Assembly: GCF_000195855.1 (NCBI RefSeq)
Contig: NC_002677.1
Coordinates: 210,001 to 242,000 of the forward strand
Source: Mycobacterium leprae TN
GTDB lineage: Bacteria > Actinomycetota > Actinomycetes > Mycobacteriales > Mycobacteriaceae
Length of the DNA: 32,000 bases
Direction of reading: 5' to 3'
The translations under genes and the position numbers were made by a program. Of the stretch, positions 1 to 10,610 are shown piece by piece. Within the stretch, counting starts at the first letter, position 1; the number at the start of each line of letters is the position of its first letter. The notes under the pieces are model-generated. The model worked only from the letters and a program-made list of their open reading frames with translations, made no database searches and was not told the origin of the DNA.

Positions 1-320
1 GCAGGTTGCCAAGATCTCGCCGTTCGCCGTAACCGGGAAGTTATTTGTACGAACAGCTTAGTACCGGCATGACGCGATGGTGTCGATGCTGTCCGACGGT
101 CCATCAGCCAGGGGGCTGCCATGCTTAAAAAGGAGCCATGCTTAAAAAGGAGAAGCGATCCGTGCTACAGGTGCATGCACGTACCGGGGTGTCGTGCCCG
201 GAGTGGGAAGATACCGTGCGTGAAGTGTCGTTCTCGGACAAGTCTTTTCAGTACTGTCCAACGTGCCAGACCGGTGGCAAGGTGTTGGCCAACCGGCACA
301 TGTCGCTGCTGCTTATGTAG
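1..320 (+). pseudogene. Fpg/Nei-family DNA glycosylase, 3' portion with zinc-finger C-terminus, disrupted
   Basis: ORF 138-320 reads ...VHARTGVSCPEWEDTVREVSFSDKSFQYCPTCQTGGKVL, resembling the CxxC...CxxC zinc finger at the Fpg/Nei C-terminus. Upstream frames contain stops, and a 17-bp tandem duplication breaks the frame. Confidence 0.45.
118..152. repeat. Perfect 17-bp tandem duplication (gccatgcttaaaaagga x2)
   Basis: Read directly: 118-134 is identical to 135-151, and g152 repeats the first base. The unit length is not a multiple of 3. Confidence 0.9.
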
Positions 321-325
321 TTGAT

Positions 326-1144
326 GTGCCACCCTGGGTTGCTCTCCAGAAAATCCTCATCAATGGTGCCAGTTCCGTCCTGGGCGCTGGGATGGCACAT
401 TCTCTCGCTTCCACGAGTCGTTACCTGTCGCTGTGTGCCCGTCGCGTCGATAAGTTGGACGAAGATGCAAAGATGTGCTATCATTGCCCTCAAGATTGCG
501 GTCGCTGCGTTGGACGTTCACCACCATACGCAGATGTCGTAAGGTGTTCTGCGAACTCAGTGATGATCCTGGCAGGAATGTCCCGCATTGTTGTCGCTGG
601 TCAGCTATTCGTAAGGGAGCCCGGCTCGGCTCCGGCAAGCTGTAGGCCAATAAAGGCGACTGTTGACACCAACTTGGTGACCTCCCTAGTGTAGATTGAC
701 ACTACACTGGATATGTTCACAAAAAGCGGCTCGGGGAGCCATCTGGTGCCCGTGTTTTCGGTACTCAGTGACAAAAAGGGTAGATGACCTTAAAAATATT
801 CCGCCACAAGCAAAGTCAGAATGCACTCACTGGGAGGATTTTTGTGCGCCAAATAACTCCAAATAACTTAAGTGGCTCGATTAAGATCTCGGTGGTGGAG
901 AAGGGCTACATATAAACAGAGATGGCGGCCAAATCAGCTAGCACAATGTTTATGTGGTAGACAATGCAACTGGCGTTAAGATGCTTGTCGACGCGACAGA
1001 ACGCGATCCCGGTCGGGTGAGGGTGCTATGGTGGCCGTGAGCGACGCTGGTATCGCTGCAGCGCTTCTCCTGGCTGAGATCGTAAGGGGTCTGTACAACG
1101 ACACGCTGCATTGGGGGAGCATTTTGCGGACACTCGCTGCGTAA
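326..1144 (+). pseudogene. Short-chain dehydrogenase/reductase (Rv0945-like), frameshifted with stops
   Basis: SDR motifs are spread over several frames: ILINGASSVLGAGMAHSLA, LCARRVDKLDE, KIAVAALDV, NKATVDTNLV, GSGSHLV..SVL, EKGYI.TEMAAKSASTM. Multiple in-frame stops. Convergent with pgi. Confidence 0.7.
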
Positions 1145-1149
1145 GCACG

Positions 1150-2814
1150 TCAGCTCGTACGCCCTCGTTCTGTCCGGTAGCGACGAACCAGCGTATCAGT
1201 GGAGCTGTCCAACTGTTGCGCGGGCGAGGCGTTGCCAGTAATTACCGGAAGCAGTGCTTCGGCTTGTTTCTTGCCCAGCTCCACACCCCACTGGTCGAAC
1301 GAGTCGATGCCCCAAATCACGCCCTCGGTGAACACCTGATGCTCGTAGAGTGCTATCAGTTGGCCCAACACCGACGGGGTGAGTCGGTTGGCCAGGATCG
1401 ATGTTGTCGGACGATTTCCAGGCATTACCTTGTGTGGAACAACTTCGGCGGGTGTACCTTCTGCTGCGATTTCTTCCGCAGTTTTGCCGAATGCCAGCAC
1501 TTGGGTCTGAGCGAAGAAATTGCTCATTAACAGATCGTGCATGCTGCCGATGCCATCGACAGTTGGCAAATCGTCGATAGGTTGGCTGAATCCGATGAAA
1601 TCGGCCGGAACCAGCCGGGTGCCCTGATGCAGCAACTGGTAAAAAGCGTGTTGACCATTGGTTCCCGTTTCGCCCCAATAGATTTCACCGGTATTGGTAG
1701 TGACTGGCGTGCCGTCAGCGCGCGTCGACTTACCGTTGGATTCCATAGTTAGCTGTTGCAGATAGGCCGCGAAACGCGCCAAGTCGTTGGAATACGGCAG
1801 CACGGCTCGTGATTGTGCACCCAAGAAATCAGAGTACCACAGTCCGATCAGGCCGAGCAGCACAGGAGCGTTGGACTCCAATGGCGCGTTCTGGAAATGT
1901 TGGTCAACGATGTGGAAGCCGGACAGGAAATCAGCGAAAGACTCTCGCCCGACGACCGCCATCAGCGACAGCCCGATCGCCGAATCGACCGAATAACGGC
2001 CACCAACCCATTCCCAGAAGCCGAACATATTAGCCGTGTTGATACCGAAGTCCTTAACCAGGCGTTTGTTGGTAGAGACAGCGACGAAATGCTTGGAAAC
2101 GGCGGCTTCGCCAAGTGCGTCGGTCAGCCAGCGCCGCGCAGCGGTGGCGTTGGTCAATGTTTCCAGCGTAGAGAACGTCTTCGATGCTACGATGAAAAGC
2201 GTTGTGCCAGGCTCTAAATCTGACAATTTAGCAGTCAGATCGGCGGGATCGATGTTGGACACGAAACGCGCCGAGATCCCCGCGTCGGCATAGTGGCGCA
2301 GTGCCTGGTAAACCATAACTGGACCCAGGTCTGAACCACCAATGCCGATGTTGACGACAGTGTTGATACGTTTCCCGGTGGCTCCGGTCCATTCGCCGCT
2401 GCGTAGCCGGTCGGTGAAGTCACCCATGACGTCCAGTACCGCGTGTACGTCCTGGACCACGTTTTGGCCGTCGACGATCAGTTCGGTGTCTCGGGGTAGC
2501 CGCAGCGCGGTGTGTAGCACCGACCGATTCTCCGAGGTGTTGACGTGTACGCCGGCGAGCATCTGGTCGCGGCGTTGTTCAAGGTTGGCAGCTCGGGCCA
2601 GATCTACCAGCAGCTGCACCGTATCGTGGGTGATGCGATGTTTGCTGTAGTCGATGTAAAGATCTCCGACTGTGATCACGAGCTCGCGGCCGCGATTGGG
2701 ATTATCGGCGAAGAACTGGCGTAAATGGGTTGCCCCGATCTCATCGTGATGCCTGCGCAGAGCGTCCCACGCCGGGGTGGCAGTGATGTCGGGGATTGCT
2801 TGCATGGAGGTCAT
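1150..2814 (-). CDS. pgi: Glucose-6-phosphate isomerase
   Basis: Intact 554-aa ORF with PGI family sequence throughout ([37 protein letters not shown]). Confidence 0.97.
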   Translation of the reverse strand: MTSMQAIPDITATPAWDALRRHHDEIGATHLRQFFADNPNRGRELVITVGDLYIDYSKHRITHDTVQLLVDLARAANLEQRRDQMLAGVHVNTSENRSVLHTALRLPRDTELIVDGQNVVQDVHAVLDVMGDFTDRLRSGEWTGATGKRINTVVNIGIGGSDLGPVMVYQALRHYADAGISARFVSNIDPADLTAKLSDLEPGTTLFIVASKTFSTLETLTNATAARRWLTDALGEAAVSKHFVAVSTNKRLVKDFGINTANMFGFWEWVGGRYSVDSAIGLSLMAVVGRESFADFLSGFHIVDQHFQNAPLESNAPVLLGLIGLWYSDFLGAQSRAVLPYSNDLARFAAYLQQLTMESNGKSTRADGTPVTTNTGEIYWGETGTNGQHAFYQLLHQGTRLVPADFIGFSQPIDDLPTVDGIGSMHDLLMSNFFAQTQVLAFGKTAEEIAAEGTPAEVVPHKVMPGNRPTTSILANRLTPSVLGQLIALYEHQVFTEGVIWGIDSFDQWGVELGKKQAEALLPVITGNASPAQQLDSSTDTLVRRYRTERGRTS

Positions 2815-2871
2815 GGTTTTGACCCTAGTTCGCTTTGACGCTACGGTGCAGTTAGACCAAGTTTAGCGCGT

Positions 2872-3170
2872 TTAACCGGCGCCCATTACACGCTTTACAC
2901 GCTGCAAATCTGACTGCATGGCCTGTAATTGTCGACCCCAGTATGCCCAGGTGTGGGTGCCGTTGTCCGATACGTTGAACAGCCAAGTCTCTGCTCTAAA
3001 GCTGGCTTGTTTCCGGCATATACACTCAACACCTATGTCATTAGCGACCAGCTGCATGACATTGACTGCTGGATTGTTGTGGATCAATACGAGATATTGC
3101 CCACGATGTGACCGCTGGACGCTGCAATATGCTTTACCCGAGCTGCTGGTGCACCTATACGGGTCTTGCT
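2872..3170 (-). pseudogene. Mycolyltransferase (antigen 85/Fbp family) C-terminal fragment
   Basis: ORF 2872-3087 ends ...NNPAVNVMQLVANDIGVECICRKQ...FNVSDNGTHTWAYWGRQLQAMQSDLQ. This parallels the Ag85 C-terminus (NDP..KLVANNTR.WVYCGNG ... [21 protein letters not shown]..DLQ). Only about 100 aa remain. Confidence 0.6.
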
Positions 3171-3174
3171 GGCA

Positions 3175-3492
3175 TTAGTGGCCAAGCCGGCCTCTGCCTA
3201 ATCGTAACAACAGTATTGCCAGATCCTTACCATCAGGACCGAGCTCACTATAGCGTTCGATGACCTTCATCTCGCGGCTATGTACCAGGCGAGTGCCGCC
3301 AGACGCCATTCTTACCTTCCCGATCGCCTGGGATACTTCGGCACGCCGCTTTACCGTAGCGAGAATCTGAGCGTCTAACCGGTCGATCTCTTCGCGCAAC
3401 TCCTCGATGTCGGTCAGGAGCGGCGCTTCGACCACCTCAGTGTTCATCTCTGTTAACTCCGCGTTCTCGTGATGTGGGGGTTCTGGTCTCAT
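3175..3492 (-). CDS. Chorismate mutase (AroQ class, Rv0948c-like)
   Basis: Intact 105-aa ORF with IEELREEIDRLDAQILATVKRRAEVSQAIGKVR...VHSREMKVIERY, typical of AroQ helical chorismate mutases. The true start could be the internal Met (MNTEVV). Confidence 0.88.
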   Translation of the reverse strand: MRPEPPHHENAELTEMNTEVVEAPLLTDIEELREEIDRLDAQILATVKRRAEVSQAIGKVRMASGGTRLVHSREMKVIERYSELGPDGKDLAILLLRLGRGRLGH

Positions 3493-4271
3493 TCGGTATC
3501 AGACCTCACAAAGAGAGTTGAACCCCGAAGCCGGAAGCGAACCCCGGGGCTCTGCGAAAGCAGCTACACCACGGGCACCGTTAGCCCGTACCCGTAGAAA
3601 AATCGGCGGTACACCTCGTGGGTTGAGAGCTGCATGGGGCGCTGCTTGTTGAACACAAAAATAAGTGTGCCACTCACGGCCGGGCTGGTGCAAAATCGCG
3701 ACTCAAATTTTTGGTGTGAATGTGAAGAAGTTTAGCATGACGTCGGTAGCGTTCGGCGACTGATCGCAAGGCATACGGGTCTTCAGTAGCTTGGATTTCG
3801 ATGCTCAACGAGCATGCTGCGATACGACAGCCTCCGGAATGCAGTTGATGGACAGCCCTGGACACACACCGCCAGATGACCTTAAATCTCAAACTGTGTT
3901 CTCACTTGGGCCGCCAAAATGGTCTGAGGTGGGCTTTTGACAGGATTTGTGTCGACGCTTCGAGTGGCAGCTGCCTGAGATGACTAGCCAATGAGTTTAG
4001 GTGCGGCTCCATAAATTCAACTTGGATAACAACATCGGGATTGTGCGGAAGCACATGACTGGAGTACAGCAACAGCATATGGCTCAGGCAAACCGTTCGA
4101 CTGACCAGGGCAACAACGCCATGGCCGGGTGCCTAGCGGATTGCCCCGGTGCCTTCTCTGAGCGCTCGGCCAGCTTCACGCTCGGTTAGCACGAGCCCCG
4201 GCGGGTCAGATCATGCTCGCTGTGTAGCCTGGCCAGCCGCCATAGGCGTACGGCGGTAGATTTGAAAGTAC

Positions 4272-6608
4272 ATGAGTGTGCACACGACAGATGCCAAGCC
4301 CGACTCTGAAGTAGATCGGCTGCTTGACGGCCTTAACCCGCAGCAGCGCCAGGCGGTGGTACATGAGGGTTCGCCGCTGCTGATTGTGGCCGGCGCGGGC
4401 TCGGGCAAAACTACAGTATTGGCTCGACGGATCGCTTACCTGATTGCAGCCCGAAGTGTCGGGGTCAGTCAGATTCTGGCCATCACCTTCACCAACAAAG
4501 CCGCTGCGGAGATGCGCGAGCGCGTGGCCCGACTGGTTGGAGACCACACTGGGCCGTCTATGTGGGTGTCGACGTTTCATTCGACCTGCGTGCGCATTCT
4601 ACGTAACCAGGCTTCGCTGATCGGCGGGCTCAACTCCAACTTTTCGATCTATGACGTCGATGATTCGCGTAGCCTGCTGCAGATGATCGGACAAGACATG
4701 GGACTCGACATCAAGCGGTATTCGCCACGGCTGATGGCCAACGCCATCTCCAACTTGAAGAACGAATTGATCGACGCCGAAAGTGCGGTAGCCAACCTGT
4801 CTTCAGACACTGATGACCTGGCTCGCACCGTTGCCACAGTCTACGGCGAATACCAGCGGCGACTGCGGACAGCTAACGCGCTGGACTTCGATGACCTGAT
4901 CGGAGAAACTGTTGGGATCCTACAAGCTTTCCCGCAGATCGCCGAACACTACCGGCGGCGGTTCCGGCACGTCCTAGTCGACGAATACCAAGACACTAAC
5001 CACGCACAGTACGTGCTGGTGCGGGAATTGGTCGGACACGGGGCCAGGAATTCACCTGACGACATGCCTCCGGGGGAGTTGTGCGTTGTAGGCGATGCCG
5101 ACCAGTCGATCTATGCGTTCCGCGGATCCACCATTAGCAATATCGAGGACTTCGAGCGTGACTACCCGGACACCACAACGATTCTGCTGGAACAGAATTA
5201 CCGCTCAACGCAAAACATTCTGTCGGCGGCTAACTCCGTGATCGCTCGTAACTTCGGACGCCGCGACAAGCGCTTGTGGACAGACGCTGGCAAAGGCGAG
5301 TTGATCGTTGGATACGTCTCCGACAACGAGCACGACGAGGCCAAGTTCATCGCCGATGAAATCGATGCTCTGGTCGGGGGTGGCGAGATTACCTACGATG
5401 ATGTGGCTGTCTTGTATCGAGCTAACAACTTATCGCGATCATTGGAGGAAGTGTTTATCCCCACCGGGATTCCGTACAAAGTTGTTGGGGGTTTTTGTTT
5501 TTATGAAAGCAAGGAGATTCGCGACCTTATCGCTTACCTGCGAGTACTAGATAACCCCGGCGATGCCGTCAGTATGCGGCGCATCCTCAACACACCGCGT
5601 CGAGGCATCGGCGATCGTGCCGAGGCTTGTGTGTCGGTGTACGCAGAAAATACCGGAACTAGCTTCGCCGATGCACTACAGGCTGTGGCGGAAGGCAAAG
5701 TGCCCATGCTAAATACCCGCTCGGTGAAAGCGATCGCGGGGTTTGTTGCACTGCTTGACGACCTGCGGTGTCGTGTCGATGACGACCTGGGTGAACTGGT
5801 CGAATCTGTGTTGGAACGCAGCGGATACCTCAGGGAGTTGGAGTCCTCCACGGACCCGCAGGAGTTAGCCCGTCTGGACAACCTCAATGAACTAGTAAGC
5901 TTCGCACACGAATTTAGCACTGAACAGGCTAACGCTGCCGCGCTTGCGAAGTCCTTGCATACTCCCGAGGATGAAGACGTGCCGGATACCGGTGCGTTGG
6001 CGGCGTTTCTGGAAAAGGTGTCACTGATGTCCGACACCGACCAGATCCCCGAGAACAATTCCGGTGTCGTCACACTAATGACGTTGCATGCCGCGAAAGG
6101 ATTGGAATTTCCCGTGGTGTTCGTCACTGGATGGGAGGACGGCATGTTGCCGCACATGCGAACTCTGGGTGATCCGACCGAGCTTTCGGAGGAGCGTCGG
6201 CTGGCCTATGTCGGCATAACCCGGGCACGTCAACGTCTCTACTTGAGCAGGGCCATCACTCGGTCTTCTTGGGGACAGCCCATTCTCAACCCTGAGTCAC
6301 GGTTCCTGCGGGAAATTCCTCCGGAACTCATCGACTGGCGGCGTAGTATTCTCACCGATTCATACAGTACGCCAGCGAGTGGCGCAAGCCGGTTCGGTAG
6401 GGTGCGTCCGTCGTCGATCCGGTCCGGGGCGAGCAAGCGTGCGCTGCTGGTGCTGGCGCCCGGTGATCGAGTGACGCACGACAAGTACGGCCTGGGTCGG
6501 GTTGAGGAAGTTTCCGGGGTCGGTGAATCAGCGATATCACTGATCGACTTCGGCAGTTCGGGGCGAATAAAGCTGATGCACAACCACGCCCCTGTCACCA
6601 AGCTTTGA
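4272..6608 (+). CDS. uvrD1: ATP-dependent DNA helicase UvrD/PcrA (SF1)
   Basis: Intact 778-aa ORF with a Walker A motif (AGAGSGKT), DEYQDT, QNYRST, helicase motifs V-VI (VTLMTLHAAKGLEF, YVGITRA) and a C-terminal Tudor-like tail. Confidence 0.95.
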   Translation: MSVHTTDAKPDSEVDRLLDGLNPQQRQAVVHEGSPLLIVAGAGSGKTTVLARRIAYLIAARSVGVSQILAITFTNKAAAEMRERVARLVGDHTGPSMWVSTFHSTCVRILRNQASLIGGLNSNFSIYDVDDSRSLLQMIGQDMGLDIKRYSPRLMANAISNLKNELIDAESAVANLSSDTDDLARTVATVYGEYQRRLRTANALDFDDLIGETVGILQAFPQIAEHYRRRFRHVLVDEYQDTNHAQYVLVRELVGHGARNSPDDMPPGELCVVGDADQSIYAFRGSTISNIEDFERDYPDTTTILLEQNYRSTQNILSAANSVIARNFGRRDKRLWTDAGKGELIVGYVSDNEHDEAKFIADEIDALVGGGEITYDDVAVLYRANNLSRSLEEVFIPTGIPYKVVGGFCFYESKEIRDLIAYLRVLDNPGDAVSMRRILNTPRRGIGDRAEACVSVYAENTGTSFADALQAVAEGKVPMLNTRSVKAIAGFVALLDDLRCRVDDDLGELVESVLERSGYLRELESSTDPQELARLDNLNELVSFAHEFSTEQANAAALAKSLHTPEDEDVPDTGALAAFLEKVSLMSDTDQIPENNSGVVTLMTLHAAKGLEFPVVFVTGWEDGMLPHMRTLGDPTELSEERRLAYVGITRARQRLYLSRAITRSSWGQPILNPESRFLREIPPELIDWRRSILTDSYSTPASGASRFGRVRPSSIRSGASKRALLVLAPGDRVTHDKYGLGRVEEVSGVGESAISLIDFGSSGRIKLMHNHAPVTKL

Positions 6609-6645
6609 GCCGGCACGGGTCATAACCCCATAAGTCAACGTTTGG

Positions 6646-6987
6646 TTAGCGCGAGTGTAACGCCCTCATTACGCTGCCGGGCGGCAGCAGCGGAAGGGCG
6701 TGCACAATCCACACCACCCGAGCGCCTGGGATGAATATTACTCCCCCGGAGGGCAGCAAGGCGACTATCGCTGGGGATAGAGCCCAATAGAGCAGCATGA
6801 TTATGCCGGCCGCGGTGGATATGACAAACACCAGGGAAAACCCTGCCGTACTGTACTGTAAAACAGCCGATGATCGCTGGCTGACGATGCTGGCCGCACC
6901 GTCGGCGGTCGCCGTACAGCCGCTTGGCTGTCCGGTCGGTGCTTCTCCGGACCTTCGAGCAAGTTCGCTCGAGTGGTGGACACCCAA
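6646..6987 (-). CDS. Hypothetical small membrane protein (two predicted TM segments); may be non-coding
   Basis: 113-aa ORF with the hydrophobic stretches AGFSLVFVISTAAGIIMLLYWAL and PAIVALLPSGGVIFIPGARVVWIV. A 20-codon sample gave third-position GC of about 70%. No family recognised, and two other frames are also open here. Confidence 0.3.
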   Translation of the reverse strand: MGVHHSSELARRSGEAPTGQPSGCTATADGAASIVSQRSSAVLQYSTAGFSLVFVISTAAGIIMLLYWALSPAIVALLPSGGVIFIPGARVVWIVHALPLLPPGSVMRALHSR

Positions 6988-7159
6988 GGTAAGTGGGGGG
7001 ACATGTTAGTGGCCTGAGAATCCGCATCTGAATTCGAACTTGCGGGAATTGATCCTGCCGAGGCGTGTCGGATGATCCTGGTCCGTGAATCCGTTGATCG
7101 ACACTGTAGGGCCGGGTAGTTGTGGGGAGGAAGGTGGATCGTCCTATGCGGTTACAAGG

Positions 7160-8191
7160 TTAACCGGTGTAATTGCCGACGTAGATTCCCCGCTTGGCTA
7201 GCCACGGCACGGGGTCAATTCGTTCACTGCCGCTGAGCAGCACTTCGAAATGCAAGTGCGGGCCGGTGGAGTTGCCTCGGGTACCCATGGTAGCTATCTG
7301 GTCACCCGCCACCACGTACTGACCGACGTTGACCAGCGTGGTGTTGACGTGACCATAGAGTGTGACTGTGCCGTCGGCGTGGCGCAGCTTGACCCACATG
7401 CCGTAGCCGGCTGTCGGTCCAACGTCGATGACTACACCGTCGGACACCGCAAGGATCGGGGTTCCGATCGCGTTGGCCAGGTCGATACCGGCGTGCAGCA
7501 CACCCCAGCGGTATCCAAAATTTGAAGTGAATATACCTTTCGTTGGCATCACATAGAGCGGCTGCGACAGCCGCGCCTCACGTTGAGCACGCTCGTGAGC
7601 GAAAGCTGTGCCTTTGGCGTGCTCCTCGTTGTGCACCGCAGTACTAGCCGCGGGATGGACTGTGATGACCTGAACACCCTGGGTTGCGTCGCTGACCGTT
7701 GCGCCGCTCAGCGCCGATGCGTTGGCGGTCAGCACTGTCTCGGTCTTGGGGATATCGTCATGACTAATGACGGTATGTGCTGCTGTGGCCATTGCTCCGG
7801 CGGCCATTGCCGAGATCAGCAAACGGCCTCTGGTCGCGCTGGTTGGTTGCTTTCGATGCTGGCAGGGTCGGCGCGGCGCGCTGGTGAAGTTCGGGGCAAC
7901 GTTGGCAGACGCTGCTAGCGGTTCCGAAGCCAAGCTGTCGATGTCCTGTAAATCGTCGATCTCTGAAGCCAGCAACACTTGCGTTTCGTTGCAGAAGTTG
8001 TAGTCGTCGTCGCTGAACTGGAGTTCGTCAATTTCGGCGAAATCTAGGTCATAAAGGTCATCGAAGTCGTCAAAGCCGTCGACGGGAATGATTTCGGTGA
8101 CGTCGTTGCGTTGATGATTCAACCAGCGGTTGCGGAATGAGCGCACAGCTTCGGCAGCCATGCAGAAGCGAACGAGATCGTGCTGGGGCAA
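7160..8191 (-). CDS. M23 family metallopeptidase (Rv0950c-like) with acidic N-terminal region
   Basis: 343-aa ORF. The C-terminal LytM/M23 domain has the motifs HAGIDLA, GYGMWVKLRHADG..TLYGH and GNSTGPHLHFEV. The start codon is uncertain. Confidence 0.85.
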   Translation of the reverse strand: MPQHDLVRFCMAAEAVRSFRNRWLNHQRNDVTEIIPVDGFDDFDDLYDLDFAEIDELQFSDDDYNFCNETQVLLASEIDDLQDIDSLASEPLAASANVAPNFTSAPRRPCQHRKQPTSATRGRLLISAMAAGAMATAAHTVISHDDIPKTETVLTANASALSGATVSDATQGVQVITVHPAASTAVHNEEHAKGTAFAHERAQREARLSQPLYVMPTKGIFTSNFGYRWGVLHAGIDLANAIGTPILAVSDGVVIDVGPTAGYGMWVKLRHADGTVTLYGHVNTTLVNVGQYVVAGDQIATMGTRGNSTGPHLHFEVLLSGSERIDPVPWLAKRGIYVGNYTG

Positions 8192-8457
8192 CCTGAATGT
8201 CCTCGGATCGTGACCATAACGTTATCTGGACCCTGAGACGGTATCCGCTAACGGATACCGCTGGCAAATCGGGAACAAATTTCACCCAAAATTGTGATTT
8301 GTATCACTGTACCGAACAGCTAAACAAATTAGTGACCGATATCACATCGGTGGTATGCGGTGACAGCCACCGTTTGGGTATGTGACTACAGTTTCATCGT
8401 GCGAGTTGCCAAATTGGAACCGCCTACACTATTGGCCAATGCGAAGACAGCGAGCCC

Positions 8458-9639
8458 ATGGATCTTTTCGAGTATCAAGCTAAGGAATTGTTCGCCAAGC
8501 ACGGCGTCCCTGGCATACAAGGACGGGTGACCGACAGCGCGGAAGGCGCTAAGACCATCGCCATGGAGATTGGTCGTCCCGTAATGGTGAAAGCTCAGGT
8601 AAAAACAGGCGGGCGAGGCAAAGCGGGTGGCGTCAAATATGCTGCCACCCCAGAAGAAGCCTACCAACAGGCCAAGAACATTCTTGGCCTGGACATAAAA
8701 GGCCATATTGTCAAGAAATTGCTGGTGGTCGAAGCTAGCGACATCGCCGAGGAATACTATCTCTCCTTCCTGCTCGACCGTGCCAACCGAACATACCTTG
8801 CGATGTGCTCGGTGGAAGGCGGCATGGAAATCGAAGAGGTGGCCGCCACCAAGCCTGAGCGACTGGCCAAGGTCTCGGTGGACGCGGTAAAGGGTGTAGA
8901 TTTAGCCTGCGCACGCTCTATTGCGCAGCAGGGCCATCTGCCGGCTGAGGTGCTCGACGCCGCCGCGGCCACCATCGCCAAGTTGTGGGAACTCTTTGTA
9001 GCCGAGGACGCCACCCTGGTGGAGGTCAACCCGTTGGTGCGCACTCCCTCCCGCGGGTACGGAAGCTCGGGCAAGATTTTGGCGCTGGACGGCAAGGTCA
9101 CTCTTGATGCCAACGCCCGCTTCCGCCAGCCCGGCCATGCCGAGTTCGAAGATCGCGCGGCCACTGATCCGCTGGAGTGGAAGGCCAAGCAGCACAACCT
9201 CAACTACATCAAGCTCGACGGTGAGGTGGGGATCATCGGTAACGGCGCGGGTCTGACCATGTCGACCTTCGACGTCGTCGCCTATGCAGGGGAACAGCAC
9301 GGGGGGGTTAAGCCGGCCAACTTCCTCGATATCGGTGGCGGCGCTTCCGCTGAGGTGATGGCTGCCAGTCTGGACGTAGTTCTGGGCGACGTTCAGGTCA
9401 AGAGCGTGTTCGTCAACATATTCGGTGGGATTACCACATGTGACACCGTCGCTACCGGAATTGTCAAGGCATTGGAAATCTTGGGTGATGAGGCCAACAA
9501 GCCTTTAGTGGTGCGCCTGGACGGCAATAACGTCGGTGAAGGCCGACGCATCCTGGCCGAGGCCAACCATCCGCTAGTGATGCTGGTCCCGACGATGGAC
9601 GAGGCCGCTAACAAGGCCGCCGAGTTGGCCCGCACTTGA
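8458..9639 (+). CDS. sucC: Succinyl-CoA ligase beta subunit
   Basis: Intact 393-aa ORF starting [12 protein letters not shown], with an ATP-grasp domain and the [12 protein letters not shown] motif. Confidence 0.97.
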
Positions 9640-9658
9640 AAGGACTTGACTGAAAGAT

Positions 9659-10561
9659 ATGGCGATTTTCCTCACTAAAGACAACACAGTCATCGTCCAG
9701 GGTATCACTGGCAGCGAGGCTGCCGTTCACACCGCCCGCATGCTCAAGGCGGGAACCCAAATCGTGGGCGGCGTCAATGCCCGCAAGGCAGGCACCAATG
9801 TAACGCATGAGGACAAACACGGCCGGATCATCACACTGCCAGTGTTTGGCACCGTGGCCGAAGCCATCGAAAACACCGGCGCCGACGTCTCGATCATATT
9901 TGTGCCGCCGCGGTTTGCCAAAGAAGCCATTATCGAGGCCGTCGAAGCAGAAATTCCGCTGCTGGTCATCATCACTGAGGGAATTCCGGTGCAAGACAGT
10001 GTATATGCATGGGCCTACAATCTCAACAAAGGTACTAAGACTCGCATAATCGGCCCGAACTGCCCCGGTATCATTACTCCCGGCCAGTCGTTGGTTGGCA
10101 TTACTCCAGCTACCATCACCGGAGCAGGTCCGATTGGTTTGGTGTCTAAGTCGGGCACCTTGACCTACCAGATGATGTTCGAGCTCAGCGATTTCGGCTT
10201 CTCGACCGCAATCGGTATCGGTGGTGACCCGGTGATTGGTACCACGCACATCGACGCCATCGAAGCCTTCGAACAGGATCCCGACACCAAAATCATCGTC
10301 ATGATCGGCGAGATCGGGGGGGATGCCGAAGAGCGTGCGGCAGACTACATCAAAGCTAACGTGTCCAAGCCCGTTGTAGGATACGTCGCGGGATTCACTG
10401 CGCCGGAAGGTAAGACGATGGGCCATGCTGGTGCCATCGTGTCCGGCTCGTCGGGCACTGCGGCTGTCAAGAAGGACGCCTTAGAGGCAGCGGGAGTCAA
10501 AGTCGGTAAGACTCCGTCGGAGACGGCTGTGTTGGTCCGCGAGATTCTGTGCACCCTGTAA
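9659..10561 (+). CDS. sucD: Succinyl-CoA ligase alpha subunit
   Basis: Intact 300-aa ORF with [26 protein letters not shown] and the phosphohistidine loop MGHAGAIV. Starts 20 nt downstream of sucC. Confidence 0.97.
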   Translation: MAIFLTKDNTVIVQGITGSEAAVHTARMLKAGTQIVGGVNARKAGTNVTHEDKHGRIITLPVFGTVAEAIENTGADVSIIFVPPRFAKEAIIEAVEAEIPLLVIITEGIPVQDSVYAWAYNLNKGTKTRIIGPNCPGIITPGQSLVGITPATITGAGPIGLVSKSGTLTYQMMFELSDFGFSTAIGIGGDPVIGTTHIDAIEAFEQDPDTKIIVMIGEIGGDAEERAADYIKANVSKPVVGYVAGFTAPEGKTMGHAGAIVSGSSGTAAVKKDALEAAGVKVGKTPSETAVLVREILCTL

Positions 10562-10583
10562 TGGGCTGGCGCAGACCTCTTCC

Positions 10584-10610
10584 GCCGCTACACTGCAGCG
10601 GTCAGTTTTT
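10584..10610 (+). terminator. Possible weak intrinsic terminator after sucD
   Basis: A ccgct/agcgg 5-bp stem (10585-10589 and 10597-10601) with a 7-nt loop, followed by tcagttttt. The stem is short, and it overlaps the 3' end of the convergent pseudogene. Confidence 0.2.

Noticed and set aside
1111-2650. Several plus- and minus-strand ORFs of 60-160 aa inside the pgi locus (for example 1111-1530, 1196-1678, 1813-2217, 2342-2650)
   Set aside because: They overlap or lie antisense to a full-length, strongly conserved pgi. Their Arg/Pro/Ser-rich composition is typical of out-of-frame GC-rich sequence.
3520-3570. tRNA-like or T-arm-like sequence (gttgaaccccgaagccggaagcgaaccccgggg)
   Set aside because: No complementary T-stem, no canonical TTCGAAT-type loop and no acceptor stem could be built on either strand.
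5534-6157. 207-aa minus-strand ORF
   Set aside because: Antisense to the conserved uvrD1 helicase. The product is Ser/Arg/Ala-rich and low-complexity with no family resemblance.
9608-10426. 272-aa minus-strand ORF
   Set aside because: Entirely antisense to sucD, so an artefact of stop-poor GC-rich sequence.
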